Positions 43,471 to 52,738 of a stretch of 55,615 nt of DNA are shown one piece after another. The DNA is taken from assembly GCA_017453605.1 (NCBI GenBank), contig JAFTEP010000149.1:1-55615 (forward strand), read 5' to 3'. Below the pieces are notes generated by a model. That model saw nothing but the letters and a program-made list of their open reading frames with translations, searched no databases and had not been told where the DNA came from. Source of the DNA: Clostridia bacterium (GTDB taxonomy: Bacteria > Bacillota > Clostridia > Oscillospirales > SIG627). The first letter of the stretch is position 1. The number at the start of each line of letters is the position of its first letter. Position numbers and translations under genes: made by a program.

Positions 43471-44556
43471 ATGGACAGAATCGTAAAAGTCGGCATCATC
43501 GGATGCGGCGGCATCGCCAACGGCAAGCACATGCCCAACCTCGCCAAACTCAAAAACGTCGAGATGGTCGCGTTCTGCGACATCGTCAGAAGGAGAGCCG
43601 AGAGGGCGGCCGAGCAGTACGGCACTCCCGACGCGAAGGTCTACGAGGACTACAGGGAGCTTCTCAAGGATCCCGAGATCGAGGTCGTCCACGTCCTGAC
43701 CCCGAACCGCGAGCACGCCGACATCACCATCGACGCCCTTTACGCCGGAAAGCACGTCATGTGCGAAAAGCCCATGGCAAAGTGCGCCGCCGACGCCGAG
43801 AGGATGGTCAAGGCCGCCAAAGAGACCGGCAAGAAGCTCACGATCGGCTATCAGCACCGTCAAAAGCCGCAGAGCATCTTCGCAATGAAGCTCATCGAAG
43901 CGGGCGATCTCGGCGAGATCTACTACGCCAACTGCTACGCCATCCGCCGCAGAGGCACCCCGAACTGGGGCGTGTTCCTCAACGAGGAAGAGCAGGGCGG
44001 CGGTCCGATCATCGACATCGCGACTCACTCTCTGGATCTGACCCTGTATCTGATGAACAACTACGAGCCGAAGATGGTCGTCGGCAAGACCCACAAGAAG
44101 ATCGAGCATCCCGAGGCCGCCAATCCCTGGGGCGACAACGGCGTTTCCACTACTCCGCTCGAGGAGGCCGCCTGCGCGATGATCGTCATGAAGAACGGCG
44201 CGACGATCATGCTCGAGACCAGCTGGGCGCTCAACACCGCCGAACCGATCGAGGAAGGAAGCTGCACCCTCTGCGGCTCCAAGGCCGGCCTTTCCATCAA
44301 GAACAACGTTTTGAAGATCAACAAGGTCGAATATAACCGTCAGGTCGTCACCGAGGTCGACACCAAGGCGGGCGGAGTCGCCTTCTTCTCCGGCGCCAAG
44401 GAAGACAAGGCTCTCACCGAGGCCTACAACTGGATCAAGGCCGTCGTCGACGACACGGATCCGGTCGTCCTTCCCGAGCAGGCCTGCGTGGTCAGCCGCA
44501 TACTCGAGGCGATCTACACCTCCTCCAAGACCGGAAAGCCGGTGTATTTCGATTGA
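43471..44556 (+). CDS. Gfo/Idh/MocA family NAD(P)-dependent oxidoreductase
   Basis: 361 aa. Rossmann motif VGIIGCGGIANGKH and catalytic-region EKPMA. Confidence 0.85.
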   Translation: MDRIVKVGIIGCGGIANGKHMPNLAKLKNVEMVAFCDIVRRRAERAAEQYGTPDAKVYEDYRELLKDPEIEVVHVLTPNREHADITIDALYAGKHVMCEKPMAKCAADAERMVKAAKETGKKLTIGYQHRQKPQSIFAMKLIEAGDLGEIYYANCYAIRRRGTPNWGVFLNEEEQGGGPIIDIATHSLDLTLYLMNNYEPKMVVGKTHKKIEHPEAANPWGDNGVSTTPLEEAACAMIVMKNGATIMLETSWALNTAEPIEEGSCTLCGSKAGLSIKNNVLKINKVEYNRQVVTEVDTKAGGVAFFSGAKEDKALTEAYNWIKAVVDDTDPVVLPEQACVVSRILEAIYTSSKTGKPVYFD

Positions 44557-45500
44557 AGACAGTTATTTGCGGGGTGTGGCACGTCCACGCCCAGATGTAC
44601 TATGAGACCGCCAAGAAGCACTCCGAGATCCTCGGCGTATGGGACAGCAACCCCAAATGGCTCGAGGCTTTCTGCAGCCGCAACGGCGAGAAGGCGTTCG
44701 CGAGCTTCGGGGAGCTTCTGAAGAGCGGAGCGGACGCCGCCGTCGTCTGCACTTCATCCGACACGCATCCCGACGTGATCGTCGCCCTCGCCGAGGCGGG
44801 GATCGGCATCTTCACCGAGAAGGTGCTCGCGCTCACCACTCCGGAATGTCTCCGCATCGAAGAAGCCGTCAAAAAGAGCGGCGTGAAATACGCGATCTCA
44901 TTCCCGCACAAGTTCGACGCGGGCATAATGACGCTCAAAAAAATCGCCGACAGCGGCGAGCTCGGGAAAGTCAACTACTTCCGCTGCCGCAACGCGCACG
45001 ACGGAAGCAGCTCGAACTGGCTGCCCAGGCACTTCTACGATCTCAAAGAGTGCGGCGGCGGCGCGATGATCGATCTCGGCGCCCACGGGATGTATCTCGC
45101 GGACTGGTTTTTGGGGATGCCCGAAAGCTGCTCGTCGACTTTCACCAACGCCTGCGTGAACCCCGGCGCCCTCGAAAAGAACGCCGAAGGAGTCGAGGAC
45201 AACGCCGTGACAGTGCTCAGATACGCTGACGGCTCGATCGCCCTCAACGAGACCGGCTTCGTTTCTCTCGGCAACCCGATGACGATAGAGGTCGGCGGAG
45301 ACAAGGGCTGGGCGCGCTGGGACAAGTATAAAGTCGTCAAGCGCACCGCCGCCACCGAGAAAAAACTCGTCGAGGTCGAACCCGTCGAGGGTATGCCGAC
45401 TCCGGTCGAGCAGTTCTTCTCCGGCTCTGTACCCGCGGGCTGCGGACTCGAGGAGTCAAAACGCCTCACGAAGCTCATGGAAATGGCTTACGGAAAATAA
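44553..45500 (+). CDS. Gfo/Idh/MocA-like oxidoreductase with atypical N-terminal dinucleotide motif
   Basis: 315 aa. TTG start overlapping the upstream stop (TTGA). ICGVWHVHA replaces GxGxxG. TEKVLA and the C-terminal alpha/beta domain are retained. Confidence 0.7.
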   Translation: MKTVICGVWHVHAQMYYETAKKHSEILGVWDSNPKWLEAFCSRNGEKAFASFGELLKSGADAAVVCTSSDTHPDVIVALAEAGIGIFTEKVLALTTPECLRIEEAVKKSGVKYAISFPHKFDAGIMTLKKIADSGELGKVNYFRCRNAHDGSSSNWLPRHFYDLKECGGGAMIDLGAHGMYLADWFLGMPESCSSTFTNACVNPGALEKNAEGVEDNAVTVLRYADGSIALNETGFVSLGNPMTIEVGGDKGWARWDKYKVVKRTAATEKKLVEVEPVEGMPTPVEQFFSGSVPAGCGLEESKRLTKLMEMAYGK

Positions 45501-45573
45501 AAAATCGCTCGGGCATTTGCCCCCCGCGGGGCATAAAGGCGCGATCCGATCCGCGGCGAAGCCTTCGGCCCAT

Positions 45574-45628
45574 AAAAAAATCAAGCTGAGACGTACGATT
45601 TTTTATCGTTCGTCTCAGCTTATATTTT
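45574..45628. terminator. Bidirectional Rho-independent terminator between convergent operons
   Basis: Stem AAGCTGAGACG / CGTCTCAGCTT (45583..45621) with an inner ACGAT/ATCGT extension. AAAAAAA on the left, TATATTTT on the right. Confidence 0.8.
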
Positions 45629-45633
45629 CCGTC

Positions 45634-45930
45634 TTATTTATTGAATATCGCGCCGACGACGGCGATCGGGATGACAGAGATCACCAGAGCAGCGAAGGTG
45701 ACGATGACGATTTCAACCGGCTCGGCGAAGAACGCGATCACTCCGCAGGCGATCGCCGGGACGGCGTCGAACATCAGACTGCGGGCGACCCACTTTCTGT
45801 GGCTCTCGGCGGAGCGGTCGGCGTTGGTGTGATAGGTCTTCAGAAAGTCGAGCTTCCCGAGCCGCATCAGGAGCCCGACGGAAAACAGGATCACGGCGAA
45901 AATGAAGGCGGCGATCGAAAAGCCGAGCAT
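45634..45930 (-). CDS. Small integral membrane protein, function unknown
   Basis: 98 aa, 3-4 hydrophobic helices. Its ATG shares a base with the upstream TGA (TGATG). Confidence 0.6.
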   Translation of the reverse strand: MLGFSIAAFIFAVILFSVGLLMRLGKLDFLKTYHTNADRSAESHRKWVARSLMFDAVPAIACGVIAFFAEPVEIVIVTFAALVISVIPIAVVGAIFNK

Positions 45931-48866
45931 CAGGCTTCCCCGCAGTCGATCCCGAAGCGGACGAAGCCGTAGCGGTCCTTGACGTATTCAGAAGCCTCTC
46001 CGTTTTTCCAGAGCCCCTCTCTTGTGAAGGTGCGCGGTCCGACGTCCCAGTGTTCGACGCGCGCGTGATGGTGCGGACCGAGCAGGTTGCGGTTGGAGTT
46101 GGTGAGAGTTATCTCTATTTCGTTTTCCCCCTCTTTCAGAAGTCCGTCAAGATCGAGCGTATGCGTGAACATCAGCTTTCCGGCGTATTTGCCGTTCACC
46201 TTCACTTCGGCGACGGCGTATCTTCCGGTAAGCTTTATCGCGCTCGGATCGCCCGGCTTATACGTGTGACCGAAGGCGAACGTCACGCTTCCCGCAAAGA
46301 AGGGCAGGAGCGAGAACTGCAGGTTCTCCGGATCGACTGATCCGGGCGCTCCGACGATCCTGAAATCTCCCTTATAGCTCCAGCCGAGCCTTTCGCCCTC
46401 TGTCTTTTCTCCGGGGGTCTCCACTCCGAAATTCCCGAAGAGATAGGCGCTTTCGATCTCCGTGTCGAAGTTGAGGCAGTTTCTCAGGGACTCGCTCACG
46501 CCGCCGTAAAGGACGTAATAGACGTAGTCGCGCTGGAAGTAGTCAAAGCTCTGCGTGACATGGTTTTCGCCCGTATGAACCAGCGGCAGGATATCCGCGG
46601 TGAGAAATCTCGGATCAAGAAATCCTCCCGCCTTCGTTTCGATCTTCACGCCGTTCACGGAAACTTCGCCGTTTCTCATGGGCTCCAGGCATACGGACAG
46701 GCTTTCGGGGATCTCTTTGACGTCAAACGAATATCTCAGCCAGAGCCTTCCGAAATATCTTTCTTCGTAGAGCCTGTTTTTCAGCTCCATTATATCCGTC
46801 GGTCCGTCAAAATCCGTTCCGTTTTTGCTGAAGCTGACGCGGTCGAGAGTCAGGGCGTTTGCGCTGAGCGAAACGAGCGGCATTTTCGTTTTCGGGGGTC
46901 TGAACGAGTCGGGCTTTTTTGCCGCCTTACCGATCGCCGGGACCGACGGATCCTCGGCGAGAAGAAAGCTCTCGGAGCCCGCAAAATCGAAGTCCGCTTC
47001 GAAATCCCCGTCCAAAAGCCGTCTTCCGGCGACCGCAGAGACGCCTAAATCGCCCGGATCGATCCTGACAAGATTTTTGCAGTCCTTCACGCGAAGCTTC
47101 ACTCCCGAAACGGGATCCTTTGAAACGTTTGTGATATATATGAGTCTCGCGCCGTCGACGACGCGGGTCATTATGCGAAGCGTCGGACAGTTTTCGCCGT
47201 CTGCGCCGGCCGAGACGTTCTGAGAAGCGAAAAGCTCATCGAGCGTCATATTTTCTTTTATGAACGAAAGATCCGCGGGAACGGCGTCGACGAGATCCGG
47301 CGCGCCGCCGAAGAGGACGAGCTTCCCTCCCCCGGCGAGATATTCTTTCATCATCGCGGCGGTCGAGGCGTCGATGGATTCGACGTCCGGCATGACGACC
47401 TTGCTGTATACGCACTCTCCGAGCCTGATCTTATCGCCCTCGACGCGGCCGAGGTCCCTGAGCATCGTCTCGTCGGCGTAGTGATAGGCGACCTGATGCG
47501 TTCCGAGCGCGTCGCTCAGATCGTAGTGCTTGTGGTCCTCTCTTGTCATCGCCTCGTTCCTGTCGGGGTGAGTGTAGTACATATAGGAATTGTGGACAGG
47601 ATGGATCACGAGGGTGTCGGCAAGCTCCGTCCCGAGAGACAGCGCGTATCCGACGCGGTCGAAAAAGAGGTTGAAATCTTTGAGATACTTCTGCCAGGGA
47701 TTGTGGGCGCAGTAGTGAGCGGGATAGTCGCGCTTTCTCTGTCCGCGGTAGGAATAGGCGTAGAGGTGCTGGCAGGTGAGATTGACGCCGTTGACGTACT
47801 GCATATCGGCGATGTTTTTCAGCTCCTCCGGGGTCACGTCCCAGCCGCACATCGCGAACATCTCGCTGAGCGCCTTCTTCTTTCCGAGCTGAGCGCAGAC
47901 CGAGCCGAGCTGCTTTGAGGAGATGTCGCGCTTTATCGGACGGCACAGCCAGTCGATGCCGGGGATATGCTCGTATCTGTAGAACGGCATGACTCCGCCG
48001 GTGCAGTTGATCTGAGAGGAAAGGTGATCCTCGCCCATCGAGTGACCGGTCACCTGACAGCCGTTATTCTCGCACCATTCGTAGATCTGCTTGATAAACG
48101 AAGAGATATAGAGTTCGTGGAGCAGATAGTGATAGTCGTATCTGAGTTTTTTATAACCCTCGCCGTCCTCGAAAACGAGCCATAGCTTGTCGAGGATGTC
48201 GTATCCGAACCTTTTTTGGAACTTCTCGGCGAAGACGCTGCTCCACGGGGTCCCGCTGCGGTAATACTGGGGCTCGTCGGTGAAAAATCCCGGCATCGTT
48301 TTGCCGAAGACCTCCCCTCCGAGACGCTTTTTATATACTTCGTAGGTGCTGTCGATGAATTTCTTCACTACCCTCTCGTCGAGGATGTCGGTGTAGGAGC
48401 TGTTGCGGCGGTGCCAGATGCATTTCAGCTTCCCATGAGCCTCGGACGCGTCCTTTATGCGGACCCATTCGCCGTCCTTCTCGCAGTAGACCGCGAGGGC
48501 GTCCTCCGGGAAGGCGTCCCTTTCGGCGTATTCGATATAGCTCTGGAAGTTGTCGGGATCCTTCAAGAGTTCGCCGCCGCCGAAGCCGCTCGGCCAGCCG
48601 TTCTCGTCGTAGGACCACGCCTCGAGCCCGAGCTTTTTCGCCTCGGCTATGCAGGCAGTGATCGCCTCGAACCACTCGTCGGACAGATATTCCGTCTCGA
48701 GACCGAACCTCGCGTGCATGAAAAAGCCGTTCATGCCGACTTCTTTCATGTTGTGGATCTGTTTTATCAGTTCGTCCTTTTCGAGACGGTCGTTCCAGCT
48801 CCAGAACGGCAGACTGCCGTGAGTGAAGCTGTTTTCCTTTACGTCGCGGATCAGTTTTTCAAGCAT
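45930..48866 (-). CDS. Large glycoside hydrolase-like protein (family not assignable by eye; GH106/GH2-like guess)
   Basis: Start set at ATG 48866 (GGAGAG RBS), giving 978 aa. The N-terminal LPFWSWNDRLEKDELIKQIHNMKEVGMNGFFMHARFGLETEYLSDEW pattern recurs in large uncharacterised glycosidases. C-terminal beta-sandwich-like regions. Confidence 0.55.
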   Translation of the reverse strand: MLEKLIRDVKENSFTHGSLPFWSWNDRLEKDELIKQIHNMKEVGMNGFFMHARFGLETEYLSDEWFEAITACIAEAKKLGLEAWSYDENGWPSGFGGGELLKDPDNFQSYIEYAERDAFPEDALAVYCEKDGEWVRIKDASEAHGKLKCIWHRRNSSYTDILDERVVKKFIDSTYEVYKKRLGGEVFGKTMPGFFTDEPQYYRSGTPWSSVFAEKFQKRFGYDILDKLWLVFEDGEGYKKLRYDYHYLLHELYISSFIKQIYEWCENNGCQVTGHSMGEDHLSSQINCTGGVMPFYRYEHIPGIDWLCRPIKRDISSKQLGSVCAQLGKKKALSEMFAMCGWDVTPEELKNIADMQYVNGVNLTCQHLYAYSYRGQRKRDYPAHYCAHNPWQKYLKDFNLFFDRVGYALSLGTELADTLVIHPVHNSYMYYTHPDRNEAMTREDHKHYDLSDALGTHQVAYHYADETMLRDLGRVEGDKIRLGECVYSKVVMPDVESIDASTAAMMKEYLAGGGKLVLFGGAPDLVDAVPADLSFIKENMTLDELFASQNVSAGADGENCPTLRIMTRVVDGARLIYITNVSKDPVSGVKLRVKDCKNLVRIDPGDLGVSAVAGRRLLDGDFEADFDFAGSESFLLAEDPSVPAIGKAAKKPDSFRPPKTKMPLVSLSANALTLDRVSFSKNGTDFDGPTDIMELKNRLYEERYFGRLWLRYSFDVKEIPESLSVCLEPMRNGEVSVNGVKIETKAGGFLDPRFLTADILPLVHTGENHVTQSFDYFQRDYVYYVLYGGVSESLRNCLNFDTEIESAYLFGNFGVETPGEKTEGERLGWSYKGDFRIVGAPGSVDPENLQFSLLPFFAGSVTFAFGHTYKPGDPSAIKLTGRYAVAEVKVNGKYAGKLMFTHTLDLDGLLKEGENEIEITLTNSNRNLLGPHHHARVEHWDVGPRTFTREGLWKNGEASEYVKDRYGFVRFGIDCGEA

Positions 48867-48885
48867 CTTGTTTCTCTCCGTTTTT

Positions 48886-51231
48886 TTATTTTTGTTCGCC
48901 AAAGAATCTTTTTGCAATATCGACCGCGCTCTTGGCGTCGCGCGCGTAGAAATCGGCGCCGATGCGCTCGGCGTGTTCGGCCGTCAGCACGGCTCCTCCG
49001 ACCATCACGCGGCAGTCCGGCGCTTCTTTTTTGATTAAAGCGATCGTTTCCTCCATAGACGGGACCGTCGTCGTCATCAGGGCGCTGAGACCCACAAAAC
49101 GGCATCCCTCGCGCTTTACGGCATCTATCACCGTCTCCGGCGCGACGTCCCTGCCGAGGTCTATGACGTCGAAGCCGTAGTTTGAAAGAAGAGTGCAGAC
49201 AATGTTTTTTCCTATATCGTGGACGTCGTTTTTGACGGTCGCCATTATTATCTTCCCGCCGGACGAAGCCTCCTTCGGGAGTTTTTGTCTCACCTCGTCG
49301 AAAGCCGCCTGCGCCGCCGAAGCCGCCTGTATGAGCTGGGGCAGGAAGGTCTTCCCCTTCTCGAAGCTCTCTCCGACCGCGTCGAGCGCGGGGACGATGT
49401 GCTCCTGCACCGCGTCGAGCGGCGCGACTGATTCGAGAAGCTTTTTCGCCGCCTTCGCCGCCTCGCCTTTAAGCCCCTTTTCGATGCAGAAGCCGAGAGA
49501 GAGATTCTTTTCGCTCTGTGTCTGAGGCGCGGCGTCAGCGTGCGCGGCGACGTAATCCCGACAGGACCTGTCCGTGCCTTTGAGCGCACGGAACGCGCCG
49601 ACGGTGTCCGTCATAGAGGGGATATTCGGATTCATTATCGGCAGATCGAGCCCGGCAAAGAGCGCCATCGACAGAAAACTCCGGTTGAGAAGCTCCCTCT
49701 CCGGAAGCCCGAAGGAAACGTTGCTGACGCCGAGAACGGTCTTCACCCCGAGCCTTTCGCGGCAGAGCTTCAGCGCCCCGAGCGTTTCGAGCGCGCCGCG
49801 CTCTCCCGTGGCCGCGGTCAGGGTCAGACAGTCGATGAAAAGATCGCTCCTCTTGATCCCGTAACGGTCGCAGGCTTCGGCTATGCGTCGCGCGACTTCA
49901 AAGCGCTCTTCGGCGGTCTCGGGGATGCCATTCTCGTCGAGGGTGAGCCCGACGACGCAGGCGCCGTATTTCTTCACGAGCGGCAGGACGGCTTCAATGG
50001 ACTCTCTCTTGCCGTTGACGGAGTTGACGATCACCTTCCCGCAGGCGGCCCTCAGCCCGGCTTCCAAAGCCTCCGGCGAGGACGAGTCGAGCTGAAGCGG
50101 CAGGTCGCTGACCGACTGCACCGCCTTGACGGCTTCTGTCATCAAGGCCTTTTCGTCGGTCCCCGGGAGCCCGACGTTCACGTCGAGGATCGCCGCGCCC
50201 GCCTGAGCCTGCTCGACCGCCTGCTCCTTTATATATTCCATATCGCCCCTGGTCAGGGCTTCCTTCATCTTCTTTTTTCCGGTCGGGTTTATGCGCTCGC
50301 CGATGATCCTCACGTCGTCGATCTTCACAAGGCGCGTCGCCGAACAGACAAACGGGACCATGAACTTGTTTATCTCGGGCTTTATCGCCGCCGGGCTCGA
50401 ATCGAGAGCGTTTTTAAGAGCTTTTATATGCTCCGGCGTCGTGCCGCAGCAGCCGCCGAAAAGCGAGGCGCCGCTTGCGGCAAGCTTCGCGGTCTCCGAA
50501 GCGAACTTTTCGGGCGAGAGCGAATAAGCCCCGGTCACAGGATCCGGCAGACCCGCGTTGGGCTTGACGGCGATCGGCAGATCGCTGACTTGGCGCATCA
50601 TCCGCACCGTATTGCTCAGTCCCTCCGGTCCGGAGGAGCAGTTGACGCCTATCGCGCTGACGCCGAGCCCGTCGAGGACTGCGGCGGCGGTCTGCGGGGT
50701 GTTCCCCGAGAAGGTCCTGCCGTCCGGCTCGAAGCTGAGCGTGCAGAGGACGTTTTCTACTCCGAGATCCTTTGCCGCGATTACAGCCTGCCTCAGTTCG
50801 GCAAGATCCGTGAAGGTCTCGAAGACGACGAGGTCCGCGTCTCTTCCCGCCTCGATCATCTCCCGGAACGCCGCGTAGGCTTCTTCGAGTTCAAGATCCC
50901 CTGTCGGCTCGACGAGCCTTCCCAGAGGTCCGATGTCGAGGGCGGCGAGCGCCCTGTCTCCCGCGGCGCGCTTCGCGAGCCCGACGGCTTTTTTCACGCA
51001 TTCCGCGGCGCTGTCTCCGAGCTTGAAGCGGTTCGCGCCGAAGGTGTCGGAATAGATCACCTGCGCTCCCGCCTCGATATAGCTCCTGTGGACGCTCTCT
51101 ATCAGGCCGGGATCGCTGAAGACAAGAGAGGACGGCTCGACGCCGGGAGCGAGCCCTTTTTGCTGGAGGACGGTGCCCATCGCTCCGTCGAGCAGGATAT
51201 ATCCGTTTTTAAGAAGTTCTTTAAATTTCAC
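48886..51231 (-). CDS. metH: Cobalamin-dependent methionine synthase (Hcy-binding + pterin-binding + B12-binding modules; no activation domain)
   Basis: Start set at GTG 51231 (GGAGTG RBS; GTGA overlap with the upstream stop). LLDGAMGT (Hcy S-methyltransferase), the pterin-binding barrel, and DVHDIGKN (DxHxxG B12 motif). The track N-terminal 144 aa is an artefact. Confidence 0.85.
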   Translation of the reverse strand: MKFKELLKNGYILLDGAMGTVLQQKGLAPGVEPSSLVFSDPGLIESVHRSYIEAGAQVIYSDTFGANRFKLGDSAAECVKKAVGLAKRAAGDRALAALDIGPLGRLVEPTGDLELEEAYAAFREMIEAGRDADLVVFETFTDLAELRQAVIAAKDLGVENVLCTLSFEPDGRTFSGNTPQTAAAVLDGLGVSAIGVNCSSGPEGLSNTVRMMRQVSDLPIAVKPNAGLPDPVTGAYSLSPEKFASETAKLAASGASLFGGCCGTTPEHIKALKNALDSSPAAIKPEINKFMVPFVCSATRLVKIDDVRIIGERINPTGKKKMKEALTRGDMEYIKEQAVEQAQAGAAILDVNVGLPGTDEKALMTEAVKAVQSVSDLPLQLDSSSPEALEAGLRAACGKVIVNSVNGKRESIEAVLPLVKKYGACVVGLTLDENGIPETAEERFEVARRIAEACDRYGIKRSDLFIDCLTLTAATGERGALETLGALKLCRERLGVKTVLGVSNVSFGLPERELLNRSFLSMALFAGLDLPIMNPNIPSMTDTVGAFRALKGTDRSCRDYVAAHADAAPQTQSEKNLSLGFCIEKGLKGEAAKAAKKLLESVAPLDAVQEHIVPALDAVGESFEKGKTFLPQLIQAASAAQAAFDEVRQKLPKEASSGGKIIMATVKNDVHDIGKNIVCTLLSNYGFDVIDLGRDVAPETVIDAVKREGCRFVGLSALMTTTVPSMEETIALIKKEAPDCRVMVGGAVLTAEHAERIGADFYARDAKSAVDIAKRFFGEQK

Positions 51232-51815
51232 TTTTTCACTCCGATGACCGCAGTGACGGTCTTTCTCGGGAGCATCAGCCCGCCTTTTGAGAGGGCGACC
51301 CCGAGAGTTCTTTTCGCGTTGAGAGAGGCGAGAAAATCCCCCTGTATCCCGAGCGGCAGATCGCCGTAGCCCGGGCTGAACCGGGATGCCGTTTCTGCAG
51401 CGCCGACGGCGGCGGCGATCTCTTTTTCCGCGGCGTCGGCGGCAAGCTCGGCAAAAGCGGACGCGGCGGCGTCCGTCACGGCGCCGAGCGCCTGCGATAT
51501 GCCCGCCGCCGTCCTGACCGCGCTCTCCGCGCCCTCTCCGAGCGTCACGCACATCAAGGAGGCGCGCTCGCAGCCCGAAAGGTGGCGCCGTATGTCGCCG
51601 CCCGGCAGAACGAGCCCCGTTCCGAGGCACTTCACGCCGGCGTCCGAAAACTCTATCGGGCAAAGGCGCCAGGTATAACCGGGGCTGATCCTCTCTTCGA
51701 GAAGCTTTTCGGCCTCGTCGAAGAGTTCTTCACAGCCTTCTTCTTTCATTCTGAGAAAGCCCCTCGCCATCCGGCGCCAGTCGCCGTTCAGAGACCCAAA
51801 CGAAAGAGAGTTCAT
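51228..51815 (-). CDS. Stand-alone methionine synthase activation (SAM-binding reactivation) domain protein
   Basis: 195 aa. Gene context (metF upstream, metH downstream, both with 4-nt overlaps). ...SPGYGDLPL... resembles the Met_synt_B12 domain. Confidence 0.65.
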   Translation of the reverse strand: MNSLSFGSLNGDWRRMARGFLRMKEEGCEELFDEAEKLLEERISPGYTWRLCPIEFSDAGVKCLGTGLVLPGGDIRRHLSGCERASLMCVTLGEGAESAVRTAAGISQALGAVTDAAASAFAELAADAAEKEIAAAVGAAETASRFSPGYGDLPLGIQGDFLASLNAKRTLGVALSKGGLMLPRKTVTAVIGVKK

Positions 51816-52678
51816 TTTCTGAACAGCTTCTCCACCGAGCGCACGATCTTTTTCGCGAGCTCGGGCTTGTTCATCGTGTAGAGGTGGATGCCCTGAACGC
51901 CGTTCGTCAACAGATCCACGATCTGATCGGTCGCGTAGGCGATCCCCGCGTCCTCGAGCGCCTCGGGATCGTCGCCGTAGCGGCTGATGATCCGCGAGAA
52001 CTTCGCCGGGAGCGAGGCCCCGCAGAGAGTGACCATCCGCTTGATCTGCCCGGCGTTGGTGACGGGCATGATCCCCGCCTCGATCGGCACGTTTATCCCG
52101 GCGATCCGGCAGCGCTCGACGAAGGAATAAAACGAAGAGTTGTCGAAAAAGAGCTGGCTTATCAGATGTCCGGCTCCGGCGTCGACCTTCTTTTTGAGGT
52201 TCAGAACGTCCGCGACGGCGTCCCGAGCCTCCGGGTGCGTCTCGGGATAGCAGGCGCCGCTGATGAAAAAGCCGCCCCTCTTTTTGATGTGCGCGACAAG
52301 ATCGCTCGCGTGCGAAAAGTCGGTCTTAGGCTCGACCTCGGGGTTCCTGTCTCCGCGAAGCGCGAGAACGTTCTCGACTCCGCGCTCCGAAAGATTGTCG
52401 AGGATCAGGTCTATCTCTTCCCTGTCGTGATTGATGCAGGTCAGATGCGCGACGGGAAGCATCCCGAACTTGTTCTTTATCGCGTCGGCGATCTTCACGG
52501 TGTTTCCTCTCGCGCCCGATCCGTTCGCGCCGTAGGTGACGCTGATGAACGCCGGCGAGAGCTCCGCAAGCTGTTCGACGGTGTCGAACACGCTCTCGAT
52601 AGAGCCGTCGCGCTTGGGCGGGAAGATCTCGAACGACAGCCTCTGTCTGCCGTCTGTAAAGAGTTCCTGTAAGTTCAT
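51812..52678 (-). CDS. metF: Methylenetetrahydrofolate reductase
   Basis: 288 aa. SFEIFPPK...ISVTYGANGS...VAHLTC...LALRGD. Confidence 0.9.
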   Translation of the reverse strand: MNLQELFTDGRQRLSFEIFPPKRDGSIESVFDTVEQLAELSPAFISVTYGANGSGARGNTVKIADAIKNKFGMLPVAHLTCINHDREEIDLILDNLSERGVENVLALRGDRNPEVEPKTDFSHASDLVAHIKKRGGFFISGACYPETHPEARDAVADVLNLKKKVDAGAGHLISQLFFDNSSFYSFVERCRIAGINVPIEAGIMPVTNAGQIKRMVTLCGASLPAKFSRIISRYGDDPEALEDAGIAYATDQIVDLLTNGVQGIHLYTMNKPELAKKIVRSVEKLFRK

Positions 52679-52695
52679 TTTTATCCCCTGTGAAG

Positions 52696-52730
52696 AAAAA
52701 AGGGGCTGACGCAGATATCGCGGCAGCCCC
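52696..52730 (-). terminator. Rho-independent terminator of the phosphofructokinase gene
   Basis: Minus strand: GGGGCTG-15 nt-CAGCCCC followed by TTTTTT. It ends 17 nt before the metF ATG. Confidence 0.7.
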
Positions 52731-52738
52731 GGAATTTT

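Noticed and set aside
49540-51369. A 609-aa plus-strand ORF antisense to metH.
   Set aside because: Same shadow-ORF explanation. The minus strand encodes clear MetH modules, including DxHxxG.
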